Assembly (NCBI GenBank): GCA_947466515.1
Contig: CANIEM010000019.1
Location: forward strand, 1 to 24,000
Length of the DNA stretch: 24,000 nt
Direction of reading: 5' to 3'
Origin: Verrucomicrobia subdivision 6 bacterium
Lineage (GTDB): Bacteria; Verrucomicrobiota; Verrucomicrobiia; Methylacidiphilales; Verrucolacustridaceae
Part shown: positions 9,168 through 16,091 of the stretch, in pieces
Position numbering within the stretch: the first letter of the stretch is position 1
Layout: the number at the start of each line of letters is the position of its first letter
Position numbers and translations under genes: made by a program
The notes under the pieces: generated by a model
Database searches by the model: none
Told to the model about the DNA's origin: nothing
The model's input: the letters and a program-made list of their open reading frames with translations, nothing else

Positions 9168-10403
9168 ATGAAACCTTGCCCCGCTAAAAAAACAAAGACT
9201 GTGGCCATTCTTGTGGAAACCTCCACCAGCTGGGGTCGGCGCATTATTCAAGGGATCAGCCAATACGCCAAGGAACATGGGGCCTGGCACCTGTTTGTGG
9301 AGCCACGGGGCATGGAAGAAAGATTGCAACTGCCCCCCCAATGGCAGGGGGACGGAATCATCGCCCGCATCAACTCCGACGAGATGGCGGCAAGAATGGA
9401 CCTTTTAAACATCCCCGTGGTTAACATCTCCGGCATTCACATTCCCAAGGCGAAATTCCCGAAAATCACCACGGACGATAACATGCGTGCCAGTCTCGCC
9501 ATCGAGCATTTTACCGAGCGCGGGTTTCGTCATTTCGCCTATTTTAGCCTACGCGGATTGAGCTACGTCGCCGCCCAAAGGGATGCTTTTGTTCAAGCCG
9601 CCAGAAAATTCGGATCGGAATGCCCAAGCTTCGAAGCCAAACCGCAACACGGTGCCGAGCCCGCCTGGAACACAGATATAAAAAAGATCGGTCGATGGCT
9701 GAAAACCCTACCGCTACCAACTGGAATCTTGACCTGGAATGCTGGTTGCGGACGCACCATCATCCATGCAGCCAAGGAGGCTGGTTTTCTGATCCCTGAA
9801 GATATTGCCATCATTTCTGGCACGGACGACGACCTTTTTTGCGATTCGACTCAACCCCCACTGTCCGCCGTCTTGGTCGATGCCGTTTCCATCGGATTTC
9901 AGGCAGCCCAGACTCTTGACCAAAGAATGCGTTCGGGCAAGAAGCCCCCTTCCCTGCAACTCGTGCCACCGCTACGCGTGGTTCTACGTCAATCCAGCGA
10001 TAGTTTGGCCATTCATGACATGGGCCTAGCGAAGTCCATGACATTCATCCGTAGCCATGCCACCGAACCCATTCAGGTCGATCACGTATCAGGTTTTGTT
10101 GGCCTATCTCGGCGCGCCCTCGAGCGAAAGTTCCACTATTTTCTAGGCCGCTCTCCCGCAGAAGAGATCCGACGCATTCGCCTGGAGAAAGCTAAAGAAC
10201 TCCTGCAGGACACGGTTATTGATATTCCTAATGTGGCCCGCAATGCAGGTTTTTCCTCCCCAGAATATTTCGCGTACTACTTTAAGTCCCAAATGAAAAT
10301 CACCCCGCTCCAGTTCCGTAAGAAATCTTTCTTACAGCAACCCACTTCAAAAAGACCCGAGGCAACTGCCCAACGCCCCCATTCTAACTCCATTGTGGGT
10401 TAA
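9168..10403 (+). CDS. XylR-type transcriptional regulator (periplasmic-binding-protein-like sugar sensor domain fused to AraC-family HTH)
   Basis: 411-aa ORF with ATG at 9168. The N-terminal two thirds resemble LacI/PBP type-1 sugar-binding folds (VAILVETSTSWGRRIIQGISQYAKEHG..GIIARI..). The C-terminus has the AraC HTH signature (SMTFIRSHATEPIQVDHVSGFVGLSRRALERKFHYFLGRSPAEEIRRIRLEKAKELLQDT..IPNVARNAGFSSPEYFAYYFKSQMKITPLQFR). Confidence 0.85.
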   Translation: MKPCPAKKTKTVAILVETSTSWGRRIIQGISQYAKEHGAWHLFVEPRGMEERLQLPPQWQGDGIIARINSDEMAARMDLLNIPVVNISGIHIPKAKFPKITTDDNMRASLAIEHFTERGFRHFAYFSLRGLSYVAAQRDAFVQAARKFGSECPSFEAKPQHGAEPAWNTDIKKIGRWLKTLPLPTGILTWNAGCGRTIIHAAKEAGFLIPEDIAIISGTDDDLFCDSTQPPLSAVLVDAVSIGFQAAQTLDQRMRSGKKPPSLQLVPPLRVVLRQSSDSLAIHDMGLAKSMTFIRSHATEPIQVDHVSGFVGLSRRALERKFHYFLGRSPAEEIRRIRLEKAKELLQDTVIDIPNVARNAGFSSPEYFAYYFKSQMKITPLQFRKKSFLQQPTSKRPEATAQRPHSNSIVG

Positions 10404-12097
10404 TGGTCAGAATGACTTTCCTAGGAAAATACATTCGGCTTCTCAGTATTGCGGGCGTGCTGGCAATGGCTCAAAGTGCAGTCGCTGTAGATGTGGCAGA
10501 TTTCGGCGCCCAACCAAATGATGATCGATGTGACGCCGAGGCTATCCGGCAAGCGATCGAAAAAGCCATACAGAGTGGCGATCCAGAGGTTCGTTTCTCC
10601 GCGGGCACTTACCAGTTGGATCGCCCCCTAGATTTCCCCAAAGAGGGCTCTTGCTACATTGGGATTTTTCGCGCAACTAACCTCGTTATTTCAGGCGAAA
10701 AATTCCAAGACGGCAAACCGTCCACCCGCCTTGAGCGACGTTTCAAGCTGAACAACGAGACTCAGCTTCCACTCATGATCAATATTTCCCATTCCACCAA
10801 TGTCACCATTCGAAACCTGACGTTGGCCAACAACCCTCCCTTGGGAGTCACTGCTCGGGTTATCGCAGTAAACACAAATTCGGACGATGTGGTTGTCGAA
10901 ATGCTTCCAGGATTATTCGCCTATGACGGCATGAGATGCGCATCAGCTCAGGCTTGGAACCTAACCACAGGGAAACTTAAGCGCATCGGAAGCACCCCGA
11001 AAGACGCAACCCTGACCATTGGAACCGACGTCAAAGTGTACTGGAAAGGCGTCGTAGGCAGTGGGGATCGGAAATTCCAGGTCAGCGGAGCCGGGTTCGC
11101 AAAAAAGGTAAACGTTGGCGACGGAATTTCATGGCACCATAAATCTTCCGATTCCATCAACCAAACGCAAATCAGGGACTGCGAGAATATTACTTTCGAA
11201 AACATTGTTTTTCCGAATGTATCCAACATGGGTTTGTTGGCGGCGTTCAACCGCGATTTAACCTTTCGCCGGGTTCGTTTTGATCCAGAAAACGGTAATT
11301 TGGCAGTAGGCGGACGAGACGGCTTCCATCTCAGCAGCAATTCTGGCAAGCTCCTAGTAGAAGATTCCTATTTTAAGGGTCTGCGCATGGATCCGTTGGT
11401 TATCCGCAGGAGTTTCGGACGGGTTAAGGAACGAATGTCCGATGGAAGCATCACGATCGTTTCGGGTTATCCTGTTTCACTAGCAAACCGCCTTCGATTT
11501 TGGGTCGGGAAGGAGCCCCAAGACTATGAGGTGACTGAATCCACCAAAGTCTCGGGAGGTGTCCACATCAAGACATCCCCCTCCCTTTCACCGGAAATAA
11601 AGACCGGTGGTTGCTTTAGTTACCTAAACTACTCTATTGACCAGGGAACCATTCGAAACTGCACATTCGAGGATAATCTCGGAAGCCCTATTGTAAATTT
11701 TGAGGAAAATATAACCGTGGAGAAGTGTCATTTCGACAATAACTCCTACCAGATCAAGTATGGACCAAATAAAGAGTCCGGAGGATTTGTGCGGAATAAT
11801 ATCTTTCAGGACAACCATCTCAGCAACACACCTTGGGTCGATATCGCAGGTCGTGGTCAACCCGCAGATCTGGTCATCCATTCTCTAAGCACCTTTTTTA
11901 ATGATCCAATCTACAACTCCAATATTCAGATCAAAAACAACACATTCCAAAATGCACCGGACAATCCTAAGGCTGCCGCAGTTCATATTCTGAATTCCTC
12001 AGATGTTAGACTGGAGGGAAACAAGTTTCAGGGTTTCGCAAAGCCAGTCGTCGTGGATCCCTCGACAACACGCGACATCCAACTCCAAGACAAGTAA
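10403..12097 (+). CDS. secreted right-handed parallel beta-helix protein (pectin-lyase-fold glycosidase/lyase-like)
   Basis: 564-aa ORF. Its ATG overlaps the regulator's stop (TAATG at 10401-10405). Signal peptide is LLSIAGVLAMAQSAVA. The N-terminal VDVADFGAQPNDDRCDAEAIRQAIEKA is the usual opening of Pectate_lyase_3/GH28/GH55-like beta-helix proteins. Repeated N-x-T/I-x-N rungs are present (NVTIRNLTLANN, CENITFENIVFPN, IRNCTFEDN, VEKCHFDNN, IKNNTFQN, VRLEGNKFQG). Confidence 0.75.
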   Translation: MVRMTFLGKYIRLLSIAGVLAMAQSAVAVDVADFGAQPNDDRCDAEAIRQAIEKAIQSGDPEVRFSAGTYQLDRPLDFPKEGSCYIGIFRATNLVISGEKFQDGKPSTRLERRFKLNNETQLPLMINISHSTNVTIRNLTLANNPPLGVTARVIAVNTNSDDVVVEMLPGLFAYDGMRCASAQAWNLTTGKLKRIGSTPKDATLTIGTDVKVYWKGVVGSGDRKFQVSGAGFAKKVNVGDGISWHHKSSDSINQTQIRDCENITFENIVFPNVSNMGLLAAFNRDLTFRRVRFDPENGNLAVGGRDGFHLSSNSGKLLVEDSYFKGLRMDPLVIRRSFGRVKERMSDGSITIVSGYPVSLANRLRFWVGKEPQDYEVTESTKVSGGVHIKTSPSLSPEIKTGGCFSYLNYSIDQGTIRNCTFEDNLGSPIVNFEENITVEKCHFDNNSYQIKYGPNKESGGFVRNNIFQDNHLSNTPWVDIAGRGQPADLVIHSLSTFFNDPIYNSNIQIKNNTFQNAPDNPKAAAVHILNSSDVRLEGNKFQGFAKPVVVDPSTTRDIQLQDK

Positions 12098-12207
12098 GGA
12101 ATTGAACCCGGGACCCCCATTTAACGACCATTTAAGCGGATTCAGGTCTCCTCGGTCGGAAGGATTTAACTCCCCAGTGCCGATTCAGGCTTGAATAAAT
12201 CATTCTA

Positions 12208-12277
12208 GACCGTGAGTTCGACCGCGATTTTACCGAGAAATTACCGGGAGCCCGACCGGGAATTGACCGGGAAATTT
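12208..12277 (+). repeat. array of six tandem direct repeats with 11-12 bp period (consensus KACCGNGANNT)
   Basis: Read directly: gaccgtgagttc (12208), gaccgcgattt (12220), taccgagaaat (12231), taccgggagccc (12242), gaccgggaatt (12254), gaccgggaaattt (12265). The ACCG cores start at 12209, 12221, 12232, 12243, 12255 and 12266. Confidence 0.85.
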
Positions 12278-12308
12278 AAATAAAGGCCCATTAAATGGCC
12301 CTTTAATA

Positions 12309-12332
12309 CCTCTTTAATGGCCATTAAAGAGG
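12309..12332. repeat. perfect 24-bp palindrome cctctttaatgg|ccattaaagagg inside an ATTAAAT-rich block (12276-12352)
   Basis: Read directly: the reverse complement of 12309-12320 equals 12321-12332. Flanking elements are atttaaat (12273-12280), ggccc-attaaat-ggccc (12285-12301) and gagg-attaaat-tcga-attaaat-ccctc (12329-12355). Confidence 0.9.
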
Positions 12333-12644
12333 ATTAAATTCGAATTAAATCCCTCAGAATTTCCGAATCGCCCAAAACTTGCTCCTTTTCTTTTAAGTGG
12401 TCTGGAACCGCCACTTTAATTTGAATGAGAAAGCTTCTTCGAAGCACTTTGTGGCTCTTCACCTCTGATTTTTTGTAAAATAATCTCCAGGTAGCAAAAC
12501 TTAACGTATTGGATCAACTCGTATACTTATTCGTATACTGCAAAGCAAAAATTGGGTTATTTCGGGTAGGAGAGGTAGGAAAGTAAAATATTTAAGTCGT
12601 TATGAGTCAGTCTTAATAAACTTAAATGCTTAATATATAGGCAC

Positions 12645-12683
12645 TTAGGAAACCGCTGCTCTATCCTATTGAGCTATGGGACC
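12645..12683 (-). pseudogene. truncated tRNA-Arg(CCU): 5' half only (acceptor 5' strand, D arm, anticodon 5' stem and loop)
   Basis: The reverse strand reads GGTCCCA TA GCTC AATAGGATA GAGC A GCGGT TTCCTAA. It then continues GTGCCTATATATTAAGC, which cannot pair with GCGGT. I found no ACCGC, T arm or TGGGACC 3' strand in the next ~600 nt. The GGATAGAGC D arm and CCT anticodon are Arg-like. Confidence 0.7.
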
Positions 12684-12801
12684 AATAATCACCTACCCTA
12701 CCCACCCCACCCTAACTAGGTCGAGCCATCCCCCCTCTAACACTCTTAATCCCTTCCTCACGCCAAGTCCGCAAAGGTCGCCACGTTAAATCCATGTCGT
12801 C

Positions 12802-12847
12802 GCCCCACCGTCCCCAGGTAGGGCCTACCACCAGCCAGCGTCGGGGC
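12802..12847. repeat. degenerate member of the GCCCCGAC...GTCGGGGC hairpin family, immediately 3' of PEP-CTERM gene 1
   Basis: gccccac (12802-12808) ... ggtagggcctacc ... gtcggggc (12840-12847), located 41 nt beyond the stop at 12888. Confidence 0.5.
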
Positions 12848-12887
12848 TACTACGGTTTTTGTTGGGGATTTGGTGGAGGACTGAGAG

Positions 12888-13577
12888 TTACGACCGACGA
12901 TACCGAATCATCGCTAAACCACCCAAACCAGTGGCGAAAAGCGAAAGAGCTGATGGTTCGGGGACATTCGATACTAGTTTTACATTATCCAAACCCAGAA
13001 AATCCGACTGTGTCGAGGAAGTCTGCGCAACAAACCGGATAGCATAATCACCAGCACCAAGATTGCCGGCTAAACTTGAAAAAGAGATGGACTTGGAAAT
13101 CCACCCCCCCGATGTCGCCAAAAAGGTTCCAGCGTTAGCCCAACTATATGATCCACCACTTTTCGTTCCGAAATCCACATTCACGTTATAAGAAGGCTGC
13201 GTATAGCTGTAATTGTGGTTACTCCATGTATCAAAGTTAACAGCATCGAAACCCATCGGCGCAGTTAGAGTGAAATAGGCAATCGGCACCCCTGTTGTCG
13301 CCGAGGTGCTGGTTCCAGAGTAGCGATTATATGCGCCTCCAGTGCTGCCCCCTGCTCCGTAACCTTCAATGCCAGCCGATCCGCTCGCATGAGTTGTAAC
13401 AAAATTCCCGCTGATACCAGAAACAAAAGCAACACCGTAACTTTCGGTGTTGGAATTGTGGTTATTTGCAGTATCGAAATTAAATTCCAGCAATGTCGTA
13501 TAGACAACTGCGGCCTGCGTTCTTACGAGACTACATAGACACACCATCAAAATACCAAAAAATGCGTTCAATTTCAT
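12888..13577 (-). CDS. PEP-CTERM sorting-domain secreted protein
   Basis: ORF track 12888..13697 opens on GTG. The ATG at 13577..13575 gives a clean signal peptide, MKLNAFFGILMVCLCSLVRTQA. The C-terminus VPEPSALSLFATGLGGLAMIRYRRS is a textbook PEP-CTERM motif (PEP, hydrophobic helix, basic tail). Confidence 0.85.
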   Translation of the reverse strand: MKLNAFFGILMVCLCSLVRTQAAVVYTTLLEFNFDTANNHNSNTESYGVAFVSGISGNFVTTHASGSAGIEGYGAGGSTGGAYNRYSGTSTSATTGVPIAYFTLTAPMGFDAVNFDTWSNHNYSYTQPSYNVNVDFGTKSGGSYSWANAGTFLATSGGWISKSISFSSLAGNLGAGDYAIRFVAQTSSTQSDFLGLDNVKLVSNVPEPSALSLFATGLGGLAMIRYRRS

Positions 13578-13801
13578 TAGACCAAATAAGCATAATTTCC
13601 GAATTCCGCAATACCCACTCAATAATCGCTTTTTTGCAGAGTTTTCTAATCTCCCTAACTCACTAGATAAACTATTTAACACAATCTGGTCCAACACCTT
13701 ACAGACTTTATCAACTCTTCAGAAAAGTCGGGTAAATCAACCCCGAACCCTCCTTCAGTTCCTCCAACAAACTAAATATTACCTAAATTCGAGCTTATCT
13801 T

Positions 13802-14242
13802 TTAGTGCTCGTTACTCTCGTTTCGGTATTTCTGATGTCCTTCCCGTTGCAATTGATTGATCTGACCCACAAGGGCCTTGGCCTCATCCCATTTGCCCAA
13901 TTCGATAGCCTTTTCCAGCGAATCAATTTCATCAACCAGTTCATCCATCTTGTTCTTGTAACCTTCAAGAAAAGCCGTCTTTTGATCTGCTGGAATCTTA
14001 GAGGTTTTTTCAGGCTCCAGAGTTTTAGAGGCCTCAGTGGCCGATTTTAGATCAGCCACCCACGCAAGGTACTTCTGTTTGTCGGTCTCAACCGGAGTTG
14101 CCATGGCTTTCTTGAGCTCCCGAAAACTTTTCCGCATCTGATTCATCTTTTTTTCTAGCGGACTGTCGGCGTGAAGGCTTGGGCAAAGGATAAGAAGCAG
14201 AACCAAAACGCAGTAAGGCAGGAGACGTTGATGATTCTTCAT
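13802..14242 (-). CDS. cytochrome b562-family four-helix-bundle protein, secreted
   Basis: 146-aa ORF with ATG at 14242..14240 and signal peptide LLPYCVLVLLLILCPSLHA. By hand it aligns with E. coli cytochrome b562 as I remember it. LEKKMNQM matches LEDNMETL (Met ligand). FLEGYKNKMDELVDEIDSLEKAIELGKWDEAKALVGQINQLQREGHQKYR matches [46 protein letters not shown] (His ligand in H-x-K-Y-R). Confidence 0.75.
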   Translation of the reverse strand: MKNHQRLLPYCVLVLLLILCPSLHADSPLEKKMNQMRKSFRELKKAMATPVETDKQKYLAWVADLKSATEASKTLEPEKTSKIPADQKTAFLEGYKNKMDELVDEIDSLEKAIELGKWDEAKALVGQINQLQREGHQKYRNESNEH

Positions 14243-14440
14243 AGGAGTGTTTATGCCGAAGCTTGGAGGTGGAAGCTAGGTGGAAAGCAGTTCTGTTGGG
14301 TGCCATGAAAACCCTGTTGCGGCTTTCTCTTTCAATAAAGCAAAAGTCTGAAATGGAGGAGAACTTAGGCTAAGACAGGGCCGGATTTAAGCCGCCTCTA
14401 CCCTCTCTTCTCTCCAATCAGAAATTAAACATCCAAAATT

Positions 14441-14563
14441 CGCGTATGAGCGCGTCTCAACCCCGAGCTGCCCCGACCAGCGTCGGGGCCGGGGCCGCAA
14501 CTGCGGAATTCCAAGATCAAAACCTAGGTAGGTTAGGGCTGTCCCTAGAACGCCTGCGCTCAA
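14441..14563 (+). repeat. composite GC-rich intergenic repeat, copy 1 (contains perfect hairpin 14470-14489)
   Basis: cgcgtatgagcgcgtct ... gccccgac-cagc-gtcggggc ... aaaacctaggtaggttagggctgtccctagaacgcctgcgctcaa. Both its ends match copy 2 at 20120-20207. An inverted partner of the aggtaggg word lies at 14607-14618 (ccgccctaccta), giving an imperfect long hairpin over about 14526-14620. Confidence 0.7.
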
Positions 14564-14751
14564 TTTTGTGTGCCCAATCGCCCAGCGAGGCGGCCCCGGA
14601 GATGCCGCCCTACCTAAGCTTCCAACTCCAAAACCACGTTCTCACCTTCCGACATTCTTACTTTTATACTGCCCAAATCCCCTTGCCCCCCCCTTTCCGA
14701 CCTTAACGGACTTAGCGTGAGCAATCTGCGAACCGCAACCGCGGGACCTTC

Positions 14752-15831
14752 TTACTCATCTTTGCCGAACCACTTCTCGTAAATCCGATCATACGTGCCG
14801 TCCTCCCTCAAGGCCAAAATGGTATTCCCCACTTTTTTACGCAATGGATCCCCTAACTGGAAAACGTAACCGATATTCTGACGATTAAACTCAGGACCCA
14901 CCATCATCACCCGCCCCTTCCCATCATTTAACGACAGATAACGCAACGTGGCAGATGAGAACAACAAGGCGTCCACTTTCTTATCCATCAGTGCCTGAAG
15001 CATCGTCTTTGTATTGTCATAGGAAACCACCTCCGCATGAATTCCCTTCAAATAAGTTTCCGCCGTGCTTAGCGCAATCGTTCCCACCTTTCGCCCAGGG
15101 AGATCCCCTGGCCCTTGGATTGCGCTGCGCAAATGTTGCACCGTCAACGTCGCCGTCAGCGCTGCCGTATAAAGAGCCACAAAAACCACTCCCGCAAATA
15201 GCCAGAGCACCCCAATCACTTTGGCCAGCCAATGTTGCGGTAAACACATCACCTGATTCACCAGTGCGGACACCGACCACATAAAAGAATCAAATATTCC
15301 AGGAAAATAGTTTTTCCTTGGACTCGCTCCCTCCACATTTCCACGATCGAATAGCCAAATCAGATGCGCGGGCACCACCGCAATCACTAGCGCGACCATC
15401 AACCAAACCATCGCCGACTTTGAAAAAAGTAAATTCGCCACATCTCGAAACGGGTTCAGTGGCAAACCAACTCCATTGTCCAAAACCATCACTTGCAGGC
15501 CCGACTCAAGAATCGGATAGGCAAAGTCGAAATCTATATCTCGCTCCTTCGTGTAAAAGATTCCAGAAACCACCATATCCGCACTTTTGGATTTCATCGC
15601 GGGAGAGTAACCCTGAACCCTAGGAAGCAGGATGTACTCCGTCTCCAACTTTAGCCGAGCAGCAATCTCATTCCATAGATCGATGCTAAATCCCGTGAGA
15701 TGTTCCCCCTGCTCCACCACGAAAGGCGGAGTCACCACCGCCAAGGCTCGCACCGCCGCTTGGCCGTTGCTTTGCCCCACCCCCAAACCGATCGATGCCA
15801 ACAATATAAAACAAAGAGATCGTATTTTCAT
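14752..15831 (-). CDS. ligand-gated ion channel of the prokaryotic iGluR (GluR0) architecture: split solute-binding domain interrupted by a two-TM pore
   Basis: ORF track 14752..15855 opens on GTG. The ATG at 15831..15829 is preceded by AGGTGG and gives signal peptide MKIRSLCFILLASIGLGVG. Lobe 1 is AVVTPPFVVEQGEHLTGFSIDLWNEIAARL..DFAYPILESGLQVMV. The TM helix is MVWLMVALVIAVVPAHLIWLF. The pore plus second TM is GIFDSFMWSVSALVNQVMCLPQHWLAKVIGVLWLFAGVVFVALYTAALTATLTV. Lobe 2 is LPGRKVGTIALSTAETYL..YVFQLGDPLRKKVGNTILALREDGTYDRIYEKWFG. Confidence 0.8.
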   Translation of the reverse strand: MKIRSLCFILLASIGLGVGQSNGQAAVRALAVVTPPFVVEQGEHLTGFSIDLWNEIAARLKLETEYILLPRVQGYSPAMKSKSADMVVSGIFYTKERDIDFDFAYPILESGLQVMVLDNGVGLPLNPFRDVANLLFSKSAMVWLMVALVIAVVPAHLIWLFDRGNVEGASPRKNYFPGIFDSFMWSVSALVNQVMCLPQHWLAKVIGVLWLFAGVVFVALYTAALTATLTVQHLRSAIQGPGDLPGRKVGTIALSTAETYLKGIHAEVVSYDNTKTMLQALMDKKVDALLFSSATLRYLSLNDGKGRVMMVGPEFNRQNIGYVFQLGDPLRKKVGNTILALREDGTYDRIYEKWFGKDE

Positions 15832-15966
15832 CCACCTACCTTGAAACAATTTCACAAAACCAACACGCTTTTATTTTACACCTTATAAACACGCCCACTT
15901 CGCGGACTTAGGCATTTCCGATCGGAAGAAGTTATCTCCCAATCGCCTCAAAAGTAGTTCCTTTAC

Positions 15967-16052
15967 CCCGATTCTGATCGGGCCTAAGGCAATCGGCCTG
16001 CTCCGTACCTGCCCCGCACTTCTCTCGGGGTCTGCCCCGACCGGCATCGGGG
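15967..16052. repeat. three consecutive GC-rich hairpins 3' of PEP-CTERM gene 2 (terminator-like, no U tract)
   Basis: Read directly: cccgat-tctg-atcggg (15967-15982), ccccg-N9-cgggg (16012-16030) and ccccga-ccggca-tcgggg (16035-16052). The last belongs to the GCCCCGA...TCGGGG family. Confidence 0.6.
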
Positions 16053-16091
16053 GTACTGCAGCTATTGTTGAGATTGGTTGGGGACTGAGGA

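Noticed and set aside
12098-12125. ggaattgaacccgggaccccc right after the beta-helix stop, which looks like the reverse complement of a tRNA T arm (GGGTTCAATTCC).
   Set aside because: The flanking bases cannot form a T stem or an acceptor stem complementary to the tRNA-Arg 5' half. This is most likely chance similarity or a very decayed fragment.
12208-12277. The tandem repeat array as a possible CRISPR array.
   Set aside because: The period is only 11-12 bp with no spacers, the units are degenerate, and there are no cas genes. This is not a CRISPR.
12098-12683. Could the half tRNA-Arg(CCU) be the 5' exon of a gene interrupted by a group I intron in the anticodon loop? Such introns are known for tRNA-Arg(CCU) in Agrobacterium and tRNA-Ile in Azoarcus.
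   Set aside because: I found no 3' exon (ACCGC stem strand, T arm, TGGGACC acceptor strand) in the 600 nt downstream on that strand. The sequence after the break is AT-rich with no recognisable P3/P7 core. No convincing P1 pairing with the CCU-ending exon could be drawn. A covariance-model scan would still be the decisive test.
13578-13697. Longest-ORF starts given in the track for several genes (13697 GTG, 1594 TTG, 5083 TTG, 15855 GTG, 19013 TTG, 16943 TTG).
   Set aside because: These first codons are non-ATG. Downstream ATGs give canonical signal peptides or avoid overlap with a tRNA, so the shorter models were preferred. The true starts remain unverified.
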